A DNA stretch of 64,000 bases from contig OZ242220.1 in NCBI GenBank assembly GCA_965206745.1, positions 416,001 through 480,000 of the forward strand, written 5' to 3'. Positions 40,887 to 51,263 of the stretch are shown piece by piece. Position 1 is the first letter of the stretch, and the number at the start of each line of letters is the position of its first letter. The translations under genes and the position numbers were made by a program. The notes beneath the pieces are model-generated. The model saw only the letters and a program-made list of their open reading frames with translations, did not search any database and was not told where the DNA came from. The stretch comes from Nitrosopumilus sp. (lineage in GTDB: Archaea > Thermoproteota > Nitrososphaeria > Nitrososphaerales > Nitrosopumilaceae).

Positions 40887-41050
40887 TAATTGAAGCCTTT
40901 CAGTTTTTAATACAAGTGTTTTGAAAAAAAATAATATACTTTTTTGTTAATTTTGATAAATCCGGTGTCACCAACCAATGCAGTATGTCTTTAGCTATGA
41001 TCTTGGGTTTTGCAGATATACATTCCAGTTCTTGTACAAGGTTTTTTAAA

Positions 41051-41470
41051 TTAAAATAAATTAATGGCCCAAATATTTTGCAGTATTTCATTGATCGTGA
41101 TGCTTAGTGATTCAATCCAGGTCGAGTCTGCTGTAATCTGCGGTGTGATCTCTGCTGCCTCTTCCATCTTGACTGAATCTATGGCAGGCACGTCTCTTGC
41201 AGGATCTGCCGCATCCAATCCACTGGTTCTGCACAACTCCAGCTCGTGTGTATAGTCTTGTATCACACCTGCTGCCTCCCTAGAGTCAACACCTATCTCA
41301 CATTCATTTCTGGTCTCTACATATCCCGGCGGTGCTTTTTCACAGGTATCTCCCAGATAGTAATAACCCTCATCACATGGCATGACTGTCTTTATGATGT
41401 GTGGTATAATAATTATTTCAAAATATCTGGAAACTGTATCTGGAAACTTTGAATTGACAAAACCATGCAT
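41051..41470 (-). CDS. Hypothetical protein, possibly a truncated secreted-protein fragment
   Basis: CDEGYY...CEKAPPGY...CE Cys-rich segment; start uncertain. Confidence 0.4.
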   Translation of the reverse strand: MHGFVNSKFPDTVSRYFEIIIIPHIIKTVMPCDEGYYYLGDTCEKAPPGYVETRNECEIGVDSREAAGVIQDYTHELELCRTSGLDAADPARDVPAIDSVKMEEAAEITPQITADSTWIESLSITINEILQNIWAINLF

Positions 41471-42148
41471 GACAAATAGAAATTTGTTGCAATCCTTTTT
41501 TCCTTACAGTATATTTTGTGATGCTTTCCATCCGGCTCACAAATGTATCATTGCAGATTATATCACTAGAGCATCTGCAAAGTCATAAGATTGGAATTAC
41601 CTTTTGACAAAGTGGACATGATCTGTTCAAAACCCAATAACCGTCTGCTGGCAAAACAACCCATCCTCTGATCTGAGAGATAGCAAATCCCTTGAGTCAA
41701 TCTTGCTAGATGGTCTTGAGATTCATCCATCAATCATATTTGTTTGGCTAAAGATCCCAAACCTGTCTTGAACTGTGGGTTATTTGGCATCGAATCTATC
41801 TTGCTATGAAATATCTAGATACCTGTTCTGCATCAAAAATATTCCGTGCATCCTGCTGAGTGCATGATTCCAAAATACGATCCCATGCCTTTGCTGCCCA
41901 AAATGATCATGTCTGATACCTGAGATGCCCTAAACATGAACTCTTGATATGCTGTAACTTTACAGAAATATGGACAGATCAACTAAAGATTCACATTTTG
42001 AGCAAATATTTGGCAATCCAACATTCCATCTTTTTATAAACTCTGAATGATGATATTCCTCTAGATTCACCTCTTACTGGTACCCGATCCATGCTGAAAT
42101 CCAGGCTTTCAAGATGGATTTAAATAGGATAAGTTTGGGTTTTAGTTT

Positions 42149-42250
42149 ATGACAAGTGCAGTCGATGGATGGCCTGTATGGATTCCACTCATTGTTGGTT
42201 TAGCTCCAGGTTTGATTTACTGGTTGGCAATTACCGCCAAGAGAAAATAA
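42149..42250 (+). CDS. 33-aa single-TM small protein
   Basis: MTSAVDGWPVWIPLIVGLAPGLIYWLAITAKRK; TTTAAATA box ~25 bp upstream; T-rich tract downstream. Confidence 0.7.
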   Translation: MTSAVDGWPVWIPLIVGLAPGLIYWLAITAKRK

Positions 42251-42381
42251 GATTTACATCTATTTTTAATTTATTTTTATCTGTGCTAGTTTGACTGTAA
42301 ACTGGGTTTAACGTTCTTACCTTTCTTGTTGACTATTTGTTATGTTATCTAAAATTAATCCCTTTATCTTAAGGAAGAAGT

Positions 42382-43461
42382 ATGATTAGGGTGATTTTTT
42401 GTTCAATTTTGATACTATTGCTAGTTCCGTTCTCACAGGCCTTTTCTGCAGAATCCACTGATAATGCCCCCACGTTAATCGTGAAACTTGACAAGGAGAA
42501 TATCTACGTCTATCAGGATTCTGAAGGCTATACTGTTGTAGCCGGGCTGGTCAAAAATCAGAACTCGCTTACCTATGTGACCAACGTGGAAATTCAGGCA
42601 AGCTTTTTCACTCAATACGGAGTCACGCCCCTGGAAGTAAATTTGGGCAGCACGGCTCTCAAAGTCATTCCGCCCAATGGACAATCCCCGTTTACCGTTC
42701 GTTCTGCAACTCCAGATTCTGAGATTGCTGAGGCCTCTGTCGCCCTTTTAGGATTTGATTCCTCTGTGGAGAAGCAGAAGGGACTCATTGTATATTCTAG
42801 CGAGGTGTTTTTGGATGAGACTCTGCAGTTTTCGGGAGTTTTGAAAAACGGGGGAGCCCCAAGCACTGACACCAACGTATACCTGGCATTCTATGATCGC
42901 TTTGACCCACCAAGAATACTCCAAGTCTCCACAATCGAGCTGGGCAAGATTGGCCTAGATACCGACGTTGATTTTGAGTTTGATGAACCGATTCATCACC
43001 AGGCCGCAGGATTTTTCCTTTTTGCAGAATCCAATGTTTTTTACTCTGACTTGGTCGACGTAGTGGTTCCGGCATCCCCACTCCCGACTAAGAAAGTGGC
43101 AATCTCAAATGTGTCTGTAAGGGATTCTGATGGAAGTGCCACCTCCGAACTTGATGTCGGATCCATTTTTGATATAGTAAGCACTACATCAATAGAGATT
43201 CCTGCCGACTCTGAATCCTCTGAGACTCCCTACACTTACTATGTGCAGATAAAAAGATCATCTGACAGCCGCGGTGATCTACCGACTGTAGAATATATCG
43301 GAAAATTTGACGGCAGGTTCATCGGCAATGCCGTAGAGACTCAAACCATAGATTGGATTCCGCAGGAACCGGGATTCTTTTTCATCGAGACATTCGTTTG
43401 GGACAGGGACAATGTCCCTCTTGGCGAGCAGGGTCCGTACACCCTGATAACCATAGAATAG
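42382..43461 (+). CDS. Secreted/surface hypothetical protein (Ig-like domains)
   Basis: Signal peptide; VAGLVKN...IPPNGQSPF; WIPQEPG..IETFVW. Confidence 0.75.
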   Translation: MIRVIFCSILILLLVPFSQAFSAESTDNAPTLIVKLDKENIYVYQDSEGYTVVAGLVKNQNSLTYVTNVEIQASFFTQYGVTPLEVNLGSTALKVIPPNGQSPFTVRSATPDSEIAEASVALLGFDSSVEKQKGLIVYSSEVFLDETLQFSGVLKNGGAPSTDTNVYLAFYDRFDPPRILQVSTIELGKIGLDTDVDFEFDEPIHHQAAGFFLFAESNVFYSDLVDVVVPASPLPTKKVAISNVSVRDSDGSATSELDVGSIFDIVSTTSIEIPADSESSETPYTYYVQIKRSSDSRGDLPTVEYIGKFDGRFIGNAVETQTIDWIPQEPGFFFIETFVWDRDNVPLGEQGPYTLITIE

Positions 43462-43560
43462 GACTTTCTAAATTTCCAAAATACGGTAAATTTCTGGGGA
43501 ATCTGTCATTTGAGCATGCAAAAGACTAGATTTATTTTTAAAGAATACTGCCAACATGCA

Positions 43561-44037
43561 TTGTCTAGATTCTCTCTTGTGGCAATGGGTGGAACCTTTG
43601 ATATCCTGCATAGGGGTCATCGTACGTTACTATCAAACGCGTTTGATGTTGCCGATAAGGTGATCATAGGGATCACAAGTGACGAGTTTGCAGCAAGAAA
43701 AGGCAAAATTCTCACAAACAAGTATGATCAGCGCCTTGAAAACCTGACATCTGTCATCTCAAAAATATTCCCCGATGCCTCCTATGAAATAAGCAAGCTC
43801 GAGGATGATTTTGGGCCTGCCATATTTGAGAAAAAAGTCGAGGCGCTAGTTGTAAGTGACGAGACAAGCAATCAGGGAATCACACTCAACGAACTGAGGG
43901 CAAAAAAGAATCTCCTGCCTGTACAAATTATCACGGTTCCCATGTTTTTGGCCAAGGATGGCACGAGGATCTCTACTACTAGAATCAAGAACTCGGAGAT
44001 TGATGCTGATGGAAACTTGCTATCAGTTGACAAGTAG
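43561..44037 (+). CDS. coaD: Phosphopantetheine adenylyltransferase
   Basis: GGTFDILHRGH, GITSD, LVVSDET, ISTTRI; start moved to TTG 43561. Confidence 0.9.
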   Translation: MSRFSLVAMGGTFDILHRGHRTLLSNAFDVADKVIIGITSDEFAARKGKILTNKYDQRLENLTSVISKIFPDASYEISKLEDDFGPAIFEKKVEALVVSDETSNQGITLNELRAKKNLLPVQIITVPMFLAKDGTRISTTRIKNSEIDADGNLLSVDK

Positions 44038-44089
44038 CTTGTAGAACTTTGAGTAATTGGGATAAAACAGGATTCCTGGATTGGGCATC

Positions 44090-44419
44090 ATGGCAATCAT
44101 CAACCACATGATGAAAAAGATTGACACTGATGTGGCAAATCTCAAACAGGGACTGCATCCTCAAAACCTCTCATACTGGTATGATAAAATCATCAAGGAG
44201 ACCATTGAGATGGCCCCTCCGTGGCTTGAGGAGAAGATCAAAGTGAATCAGGATCCCATCCTCACAATGAAATTCAACCTGGATATCTCAAAACGTGCTG
44301 TGAGATATTTCATGATTGCAGTTGAGAACAATCTAGATGAGATGCCGTATTCCACAAAGCTATATTTCCTCAAGGTGCAAGAGATAATGTCAACTGAGAT
44401 GGATAAATCACTGGTTTAG
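44090..44419 (+). CDS. Conserved hypothetical protein
   Basis: Clean ORF with core-like composition. Confidence 0.65.
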   Translation: MAIINHMMKKIDTDVANLKQGLHPQNLSYWYDKIIKETIEMAPPWLEEKIKVNQDPILTMKFNLDISKRAVRYFMIAVENNLDEMPYSTKLYFLKVQEIMSTEMDKSLV

Positions 44420-44491
44420 GTCGTTTTCTGATTCTAGGCATAAATTCCGGCTCAAAGTATCTATAACCAATTGATCTCAAATTTTTTATCA

Positions 44492-45529
44492 ATGGATCTC
44501 TACAGGTCAAAATATTCAGGTGGAAAAAACTCGAGGCGGGATAACGGCACGACCCGCTCTTTTAGAAATTCCCGAAGCGACAGGCCACCGCGATACTCAA
44601 GGGACGACAGGGGTTCAAGGGATGGCCGCAGGGACGAATCCACAACTGTGACGTGCGCTGATTGCGGTGACCAATGTACAGTTCCGTTTGTCCCAAGGAC
44701 TAACAAGCCCGTATACTGCAGTGACTGCTTTAGGGATAACAAGCCGCAGGATTATGGAAACGACAGGGGTTCTAGAGATGACAGGCAATCACGATACTCA
44801 CAAGATGACCACAGGGACGAGTCCACAACTGTAACATGCTCTGACTGCGGTGACCAATGTACCGTTCCGTTTGTCCCAAGAACTAACAAGCCTGTATACT
44901 GCAGTGACTGCTTTAGAAAAAACAAGCCACAGGATTATGGAAACGACAGATCCTCAAGGGATGACAAACCATCACGATATTCTAGAGATGACAGAGGTTC
45001 GCGATATTCTAGAGATGACAGACCATCACGTTACTCAAGAGATGACAGACCTTCAAGGGATGACAGGTCATCACGTTACTCAAGGGATGACAAACCATCA
45101 CGATATTCAAGAGACGACAGGGGTTCAAGATCATCTTCCAGATCAGAATCAGGCAGAGACAGATCCAAAAAACCGCGAAATGACAAATTTTTAAGAAAAC
45201 AAGAGGGCTTTTTTTCCAATGGTTCTGACAAGTTTTACGAGACCATCAAGGAAAAACTGTATGAAATTTTAGGTGGAAAAACCTGCTCCAACTGCGGCTT
45301 TAAGGACGAAAGGGCCCTGGGGATAAGCCCGATATCTGATGGTGTCACCTCTGATAGTTCCGGACGTGGAGGCGATGCGGCATCATGGGGAAAGTATATC
45401 TCGGCACCAGATCTTGCCAGGGCAGAACTGAAGGTCTTTTGTTTAAATTGCAACCAGATCAGGGAACCCGTACAGAGACAGACCCAGGACAGACCAAGAT
45501 CAAAAAAGAGCAAATATTTCCCCAGATAA
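44492..45529 (+). CDS. CxxC-x17-CxxC Zn-finger protein with SR/RD repeats and HNH-like C-terminus
   Basis: Two CxDC...VPFVP...PVYCSDCF units; SRYSRDD repeats; CSNCG...CLNCN. Confidence 0.85.
   Translation: MDLYRSKYSGGKNSRRDNGTTRSFRNSRSDRPPRYSRDDRGSRDGRRDESTTVTCADCGDQCTVPFVPRTNKPVYCSDCFRDNKPQDYGNDRGSRDDRQSRYSQDDHRDESTTVTCSDCGDQCTVPFVPRTNKPVYCSDCFRKNKPQDYGNDRSSRDDKPSRYSRDDRGSRYSRDDRPSRYSRDDRPSRDDRSSRYSRDDKPSRYSRDDRGSRSSSRSESGRDRSKKPRNDKFLRKQEGFFSNGSDKFYETIKEKLYEILGGKTCSNCGFKDERALGISPISDGVTSDSSGRGGDAASWGKYISAPDLARAELKVFCLNCNQIREPVQRQTQDRPRSKKSKYFPR
44629..45130 (+). repeat. Intragenic 183-bp duplication followed by ~27-bp SRYSRDD codon repeats
   Basis: Units start at 44629 and 44812; CGATATTCTAGAGATGACAGA-like repeats at ~44970-45125. 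Confidence 0.85.
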
Positions 45530-45589
45530 CCTGCAGAACCTTTTGGGAATGTCTTAACACTTTAATTATAATTATTTTGAAATTGATCC

Positions 45590-45673
45590 ATGAATAGTGA
45601 TTTCAAGGCAATGGGAGTCTCTCTGGTCCTCCTTGTTGGATTTGTAACTGCATATGCCGTATTTGGCCCATAG
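45590..45673 (+). CDS. 27-aa single-TM small protein
   Basis: MNSDFKAMGVSLVLLVGFVTAYAVFGP; TTTAATTA box ~25 bp upstream; stop abuts the convergent gene. Confidence 0.5.
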   Translation: MNSDFKAMGVSLVLLVGFVTAYAVFGP

Positions 45674-45675
45674 AT

Positions 45676-45957
45676 TCACTCCTTGATCATCTCCACTGTA
45701 TGCTCGAGAATCCTAGTTGAAATCAGCGTATCCTCCTTGTCCAGTACTGACTGTATGAAATCAGCAAAACCCTCCACGCTTGCCTCGTCCTTGAGCAGGA
45801 TGCTATGGGCGGATTTGTCCTTCAATGAGACTACCACCTCGTTTTTGACTACGTTTAGAATCCCCGTAATGTATGTCTCCTTGGCATCTTTTATGAAGAT
45901 GAGGCTGGCCAGTTTCTGGGCCTCATACTTGTCCTCACACGCTATGCTGACCTTCAT
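45676..45957 (-). CDS. Conserved hypothetical protein
   Basis: 4-bp overlap with the trpS stop. Confidence 0.7.
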   Translation of the reverse strand: MKVSIACEDKYEAQKLASLIFIKDAKETYITGILNVVKNEVVVSLKDKSAHSILLKDEASVEGFADFIQSVLDKEDTLISTRILEHTVEMIKE

Positions 45958-47066
45958 TTGTCCTCAAAAAGAAACCGGTCCAACTGTTTTTTAGCCTTCT
46001 CCCTGTTCTCCTGATGGATGGCAAGAAATGCATTGATCTTTTCAATTAGAATTGATTTTAACTCGCCGGACAACAGCTTGCCTGATTTGTAATCCTCATA
46101 GATTCCCTTTAGCTTGTCATCATCCTGCTCGAAAAATATTCGCAGATACTGGTATGATACATCAATGTCTGGATTTCCTCCAAGCTTCCTGTGCTGTTCG
46201 ACATCTGGCTGTCCCCCTGAGAATGCATACTTGTTGATCTTTTTTCTGACCTGGTCCGGGGAATCAGTAGTGTATATCGTGCTTTTCTCATCAGAGGCTG
46301 ACATCTTTCCTCCCGGCCCCTCCAGACCCGGAATCATAATGTTGTGAATCAGAGCAGGTTTCTGCTTTCCTATTTTTAGTGCAATGTCCCTTGTCAGTCT
46401 AAAGTGCGGGTCCTGGTCAACGCCCAGTGGAATCAGTACCGGCTTGTCCTCGATAAAGCACGGGGCTGACTGCATTGAGGTGTAAAATATCATCCCGATG
46501 TTCGTCTCGTTTGTAAATCCAAAGGTTGCCTTTGTGTTGGAGAAGTTGATCTTTTTTGCCACCTGGGCTGCAATTGGATAGAGTGTCTGGATGTTTTTGG
46601 TGTTGATGATGATCTTTGTCTTTTCTGGTTTGAATCCTAGTGCGATAAAGTCCAGCGCGTTCTCGTATGCGAACTTTTCTGTCTCCTCCAGGGTCAGATC
46701 TGATTTGGAGTAGAACTTTTCATCATCTGTAAGCTGAAAATACAGGTTGACATCAAACTTTTCTTGCAGCCACTTTGCAAACATCCACGGTACCAGGTGC
46801 CCGATGTGCGTGTGGCCTGAGGGGCCCCTTCCCGTGTACAGAAAGAACTTGTTGCCTTTCTCAAAGTCATCCAGTATCCTAGCCATGTCCCTGTGGGAGA
46901 AAAAGATGCCCCGTCTGAGCATAAAGTGATCCTCGCCTGCAATCCTCCTGATTCTATCAAGCAGCCCTGCTGAAATCTTTTCAGTACCAAACCGCTTGAT
47001 TAGTTTATCATAGTCAATATCACCTTCTACATGCCAAGGAGTTACGATAAAGTCATCAGATGACAT
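45954..47066 (-). CDS. trpS: Tryptophan--tRNA ligase
   Basis: YTGRGPS, HIGH, GVDQDPHF, KMSAS. Confidence 0.97.
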   Translation of the reverse strand: MSSDDFIVTPWHVEGDIDYDKLIKRFGTEKISAGLLDRIRRIAGEDHFMLRRGIFFSHRDMARILDDFEKGNKFFLYTGRGPSGHTHIGHLVPWMFAKWLQEKFDVNLYFQLTDDEKFYSKSDLTLEETEKFAYENALDFIALGFKPEKTKIIINTKNIQTLYPIAAQVAKKINFSNTKATFGFTNETNIGMIFYTSMQSAPCFIEDKPVLIPLGVDQDPHFRLTRDIALKIGKQKPALIHNIMIPGLEGPGGKMSASDEKSTIYTTDSPDQVRKKINKYAFSGGQPDVEQHRKLGGNPDIDVSYQYLRIFFEQDDDKLKGIYEDYKSGKLLSGELKSILIEKINAFLAIHQENREKAKKQLDRFLFEDK

Positions 47067-47111
47067 TCACCTTGAGTTAGGTTAAGGTTTAAAAAGTCTT
47101 TTTGGGATTCC

Positions 47112-48506
47112 TTGCTATTGTCGCAAGTTTTTCATGAAATTGAAAAAAAAATTATTCGCTCCCTAAGGGACAATCCCAAACAGACTCCCCAGATGCTGGG
47201 TAGTTCCACGCAACTCTCCCCTGATCAGATCAGGCGCGGCATTGAATGGCTCCGGCTGAAAAACCTGGCAATTGTCATTGAATCAAAGTCAAGCCTTGTG
47301 AGTTTGGGCAGAAACGGCATCGAGTCACTTCAAAAGGGACTGCCTGAAAGACGGTTGTTAAACCTGCTAAAGGACGGGCCAAGAAAATTATCTGATATAC
47401 AAAAAGAACTGGGGCCAGTATTTGGACCGTCCATGGGTCTGGCCCGAAGAAATAATTGGGTCGAGGCCTCAGCTGATGAGATTTCAATTAAGAATCCTCC
47501 TTTGATACTTTCAGGAGAAAAGACTCTCAAGCTTGTTGGCAATGGCAAGGTACCCAAGGATAAGATTGATGGTGCAGACCTGTCTGGACTGTCAAGGCGG
47601 CCTGATTTTATCATTGAGGATTCTATTAAATCACAAATAATCTCTCTGTCTGATGCGGCAAAGTCAATTACACTTTCAGACTCTGCAGGTGGCATCGATG
47701 TTGAGGCAGAGGTTCCGCAGGTCTTTGTTGCAAGGACACATCCGCTAAAGGATACAATCGATGAGATTCGTGAGATATTTGTCACACTTGGATTCTCAGA
47801 GATCCTCGGCAGCATGACCCAGTCAAGCTTTTGGAACTTTGATGCACTCTTTACCCCGCAGGATCATCCCGCAAGAGAGCTGCAAGATACGTTTTATCTC
47901 GATGATACCAGCGCCAAAAAGGTTGCAACGCCAAAGCAAGTCAGCAACGTCTCCCAATCACACAAAAAGAATTGGAGATACCAGTGGGATATCGATGAGG
48001 CAAGAAAGATGGTTCTCAGAACCCATACTACCTGCGTAACTATCAGGCATCTTGCAGAACAGAAACCTGATGAGGCGCGAATTTTCTCACTGGGAAGGGT
48101 CTTTAGAAACGAAAAGGTCAGCTACAAGCATTTAGTCGAGTTCAACCAGATTGAGGGGGTCGTGGTTGGGAAGGACGCTTCCCTGAGAAACCTGATGGGA
48201 ATCCAGCGGGAGTTTTACAGGCGTATTGGAATCACCAAGATAAAGTTCTGGCCCACATTCTTCCCATATACTGAGCCGTCCCTTCAGACCATGGTTTACA
48301 ATGAAAAACTGGGAAAATGGATTGAACTGTTTGGCATGGGCATATTCCGACCCGAAGTGACCAAGCCTCTTGGCATTACCCAGCCTGTCCTGGCCTGGGG
48401 TGGAGGAATTGAGAGGATTGCAATGCTAAAGTACGGTCTGGATGATGTAAGGGAGTTTTACAATAACAATCTGGGCTGGTTGAGGAGTGCCACAAAATGC
48501 CAGTAG
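47112..48506 (+). CDS. pheS: Phenylalanine--tRNA ligase alpha subunit
   Basis: FWNFDALFTPQDHPARELQDTF, LRTHTT, FPYTEPS, GIERIAM. Confidence 0.97.
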   Translation: MLLSQVFHEIEKKIIRSLRDNPKQTPQMLGSSTQLSPDQIRRGIEWLRLKNLAIVIESKSSLVSLGRNGIESLQKGLPERRLLNLLKDGPRKLSDIQKELGPVFGPSMGLARRNNWVEASADEISIKNPPLILSGEKTLKLVGNGKVPKDKIDGADLSGLSRRPDFIIEDSIKSQIISLSDAAKSITLSDSAGGIDVEAEVPQVFVARTHPLKDTIDEIREIFVTLGFSEILGSMTQSSFWNFDALFTPQDHPARELQDTFYLDDTSAKKVATPKQVSNVSQSHKKNWRYQWDIDEARKMVLRTHTTCVTIRHLAEQKPDEARIFSLGRVFRNEKVSYKHLVEFNQIEGVVVGKDASLRNLMGIQREFYRRIGITKIKFWPTFFPYTEPSLQTMVYNEKLGKWIELFGMGIFRPEVTKPLGITQPVLAWGGGIERIAMLKYGLDDVREFYNNNLGWLRSATKCQ

Positions 48507-50164
48507 TCGAACTATCCTACAGACGCCTGCAAAGATTGATCGGAAAGGTCTCAAAGAGGCAGATATCTGACTCGCTGCCCTTTCTCGGACTTGATATGGA
48601 GTCTGAAGACGGGGACCTGGTCCGAATAGAGTACAGTCCAAACAGGCCTGACTATTCTACTGATTTTGGAGTTGCACTGGGACTGCAAGGTCTGCTTGGA
48701 ATCAAGACTGGTGCAGTAAAGCTCAATGTAAAAAAATCAGACAGGTATCACATCTCCGTCAAGCCTTCAGTCTCTGGGATTCGGCCCTTTGTAACCGGGA
48801 TTGTTGCAAAGAACAAAAAGATTGATGATAAAACAATCAAGCAACTGATCACCATGCAGGAGGATCTTCATTTTGGAATTGGAAGAAAAAGAAAAAAGTC
48901 CTCCATCGGAATACATGATCTGGACAAGATATCATTTCCACTAGTCTACACTACTGTACACCGGAATCACAAGTTTACTCCGTTAAACTCTGAGGATGAG
49001 CTGACAGTATCTGAAATACTTGATACTACTGATGTGGGCGCAGACTATGGCCATCTACTTGGGAAATCTCTACAGGTTCCGCTGATCCTTGACGCAAATC
49101 AAGATACCGTATCGCTTCCCCCGATAATCAATGCTGCAATTACGACTGTCACCACCAAGACCCAGAACCTCTTCGTTGAGGTGACTGGCATGAATAGGGC
49201 AGATGCAGAGGACATGCTTGCAGTCGTGGCAACTGTCCTGCAGAGTGCCGGATTTACTCTGGAATTTGTGAAAATCACGGGTGCAAAAAACTCTTCTCCA
49301 GAATTCAAACCGCGTAAAATGACTGTTGCCTCCTCACTGGTCAATCAAATTCTGGGTCTGAATCTGACTGTTCCGAAAATCATCTCATCGTTGAGGAGAT
49401 CCCGGCTTGATGCATCGGCCAAAGGGACAAACATTACTTGTATCATACCTGCATACAGGTTTGACATCTTTGGACCAATGGATCTAGTTGAGGAAGTCGC
49501 CCTGGGGTATGGCATTGAAAACCTCAAACCCACAATGTCTCCCTCCCAGACCATAGGGGAGACAAATCCCGTCTCATCAAAGCTAAAATTGCTCGATCAG
49601 ACCATGATAGGGCTTGGATTTCTTGAGGCCCTAAACTCGAGTCTGACTAGCAAGCGTGTACTGTATGATATGACTCGGAGGGATCCTGCAAAACTGATCT
49701 CAGTACTTGACTCAAAGAGTCAGGAGCATACCGTATTACGTGATTCCATACTTGCAGGACTGCTTGAGAACCTCTCAAGGAATATCCACGAGTCGTATCC
49801 GCAAAGAATGTTTGAGACTGGAACCGTCTTTGCACATGACCAACTGTCTTCCTCTGGCGTATCCTGGAATCCTGTCTCTGAAAAGGTTAGTTTTTCTGCA
49901 ATCAGCGCACACAAGGATGCCAACTTTACAGAGATAAAGTCCGTCATCCAGTCTGCGTTAAATGTCGGGTTTGGAATCAAGATGGAGACTCGGACTGCAA
50001 CCCATCCTACCTTTGAGGATGGTCATTGCGCATCAATTATTTCAGACAATATTTCCATTGGAATCATAGGTAAGATTGACTCGAGGATTGTTGAGGATTA
50101 CAAGATCCGCGTTCCTGTGGCAGGCTTTGAGATCTCTTTATCTGACTCTGTTCTTAAAAACTAG
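48497..50164 (+). CDS. pheT: Phenylalanine--tRNA ligase beta subunit
   Basis: PNRPD, QEDLH, RFDI...DLVEEVALGYG. Confidence 0.96.
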   Translation: MPVVELSYRRLQRLIGKVSKRQISDSLPFLGLDMESEDGDLVRIEYSPNRPDYSTDFGVALGLQGLLGIKTGAVKLNVKKSDRYHISVKPSVSGIRPFVTGIVAKNKKIDDKTIKQLITMQEDLHFGIGRKRKKSSIGIHDLDKISFPLVYTTVHRNHKFTPLNSEDELTVSEILDTTDVGADYGHLLGKSLQVPLILDANQDTVSLPPIINAAITTVTTKTQNLFVEVTGMNRADAEDMLAVVATVLQSAGFTLEFVKITGAKNSSPEFKPRKMTVASSLVNQILGLNLTVPKIISSLRRSRLDASAKGTNITCIIPAYRFDIFGPMDLVEEVALGYGIENLKPTMSPSQTIGETNPVSSKLKLLDQTMIGLGFLEALNSSLTSKRVLYDMTRRDPAKLISVLDSKSQEHTVLRDSILAGLLENLSRNIHESYPQRMFETGTVFAHDQLSSSGVSWNPVSEKVSFSAISAHKDANFTEIKSVIQSALNVGFGIKMETRTATHPTFEDGHCASIISDNISIGIIGKIDSRIVEDYKIRVPVAGFEISLSDSVLKN

Positions 50165-50231
50165 TTTGTTCAAGGATAGTTCCCCGTATCATTGCTTCAA
50201 TGGTTTTTAGTAGTAGTGAATACCATATCTA

Positions 50232-50401
50232 GTTGCCCAAGAGCAGGCATGCAGACGGATTAGGATGAGTCGATCGTAATGATACCAGTGATTTCTAATT
50301 CACCCAGGTGTGCTACATTATGGGCAACCCCGGTTTCAGAACGCGAGGAGGCGTATGGCTATGACCAATGAGTCTGTGCGAGTCAGAACCGGGGAACATT
50401 T
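50232..50401 (+). ncRNA. Putative two-hairpin H/ACA box guide RNA
   Basis: Stem GTTGCCCA/TGGGCAAC (50232-50328); stem CCCGGTT/AACCGGG followed by ACA (50396-50398) and a T-run; GA/TGA K-turn-like motifs; GC-rich intergenic segment. Confidence 0.6.
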
Positions 50402-50443
50402 TTCTCAAAAAGCATTAAACGTGGATGGTGGTGTGGAACGATT

Positions 50444-50863
50444 ATGGTGAATTATTGGCTTGCAAAACAGGAACCTGAAGGGCCGAGAGGCTATAACTTT
50501 GAGCAGCTAAAAAAGGACAAGACCACCGTGTGGGACGGGGTTCACAACAACCTGGCACTAAAGCATATGCGGGAGATGAAGCCTGGTGATCTCGTACTAT
50601 TCTATCATACGGGTGTTCAAAGGCAGGCAGTCGGAATCATGCAGGTAACTTCCAAACCATACCCGAATCCAAAGGAGGATGTAGCACGATTCATCATAGT
50701 TGATGTAAAATACAAGAGATCCCTCAAGCGTCCTGTGACCCTCGATGAGATGAAAAAGGAGGAGGGCTTTCAAGACTGGGAACTGGTAAGAATCTCAAGG
50801 CTTTCTGTCATGCCTGTACCAAAGCCCATCTGGGATGCCATTTTAAGCATGTCCCAGGACTGA
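50444..50863 (+). CDS. EVE domain protein
   Basis: YWLAKQEP, WDGVHN, MKPGDLVLFYHT, RLSVMPV. Confidence 0.93.
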   Translation: MVNYWLAKQEPEGPRGYNFEQLKKDKTTVWDGVHNNLALKHMREMKPGDLVLFYHTGVQRQAVGIMQVTSKPYPNPKEDVARFIIVDVKYKRSLKRPVTLDEMKKEEGFQDWELVRISRLSVMPVPKPIWDAILSMSQD

Positions 50864-51263
50864 CCGTGATTAGTATGTTGATGTGATTGTTGTTGGGATT
50901 TTTGCAATGTTTTCTTCTTAATTACAATGCATCTTTGTGTTTTATGTTTAGGATAATGGTTTGTTTTGTAGCAAAAAAATCAATCTTTATTGTTGAAAAC
51001 AATAATTGACAAAAATATGTACCATAATCCTAATTGGAATTATTGTAATCTCTTGCTCGTGTGAAATAAGTTATAGAATAGTTGAAAAATTATTTGATAG
51101 TATAGAACCCATGAATGGGCAACTGCTGGAACTTTTTACCCATGCGTAGGTTTCCAAGACTTGTTACTATTTTACAAACAAGTTATTGGAAAAATTCCAA
51201 TTTATAATCATTTAGAACGATCAGAATACTATCATTTTAATATCATTCACATAAATTCTGTTC

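Noticed and set aside
41480-42110. Long intergenic stretch as possible ncRNA or pseudogene
   Set aside because: No convincing stems, repeats or protein motifs found by eye
44950-45130. Short tandem-like repeats as a possible CRISPR array
   Set aside because: In-frame coding repeats (SRYSRDD) with synonymous variation and no unique spacers; no cas genes nearby
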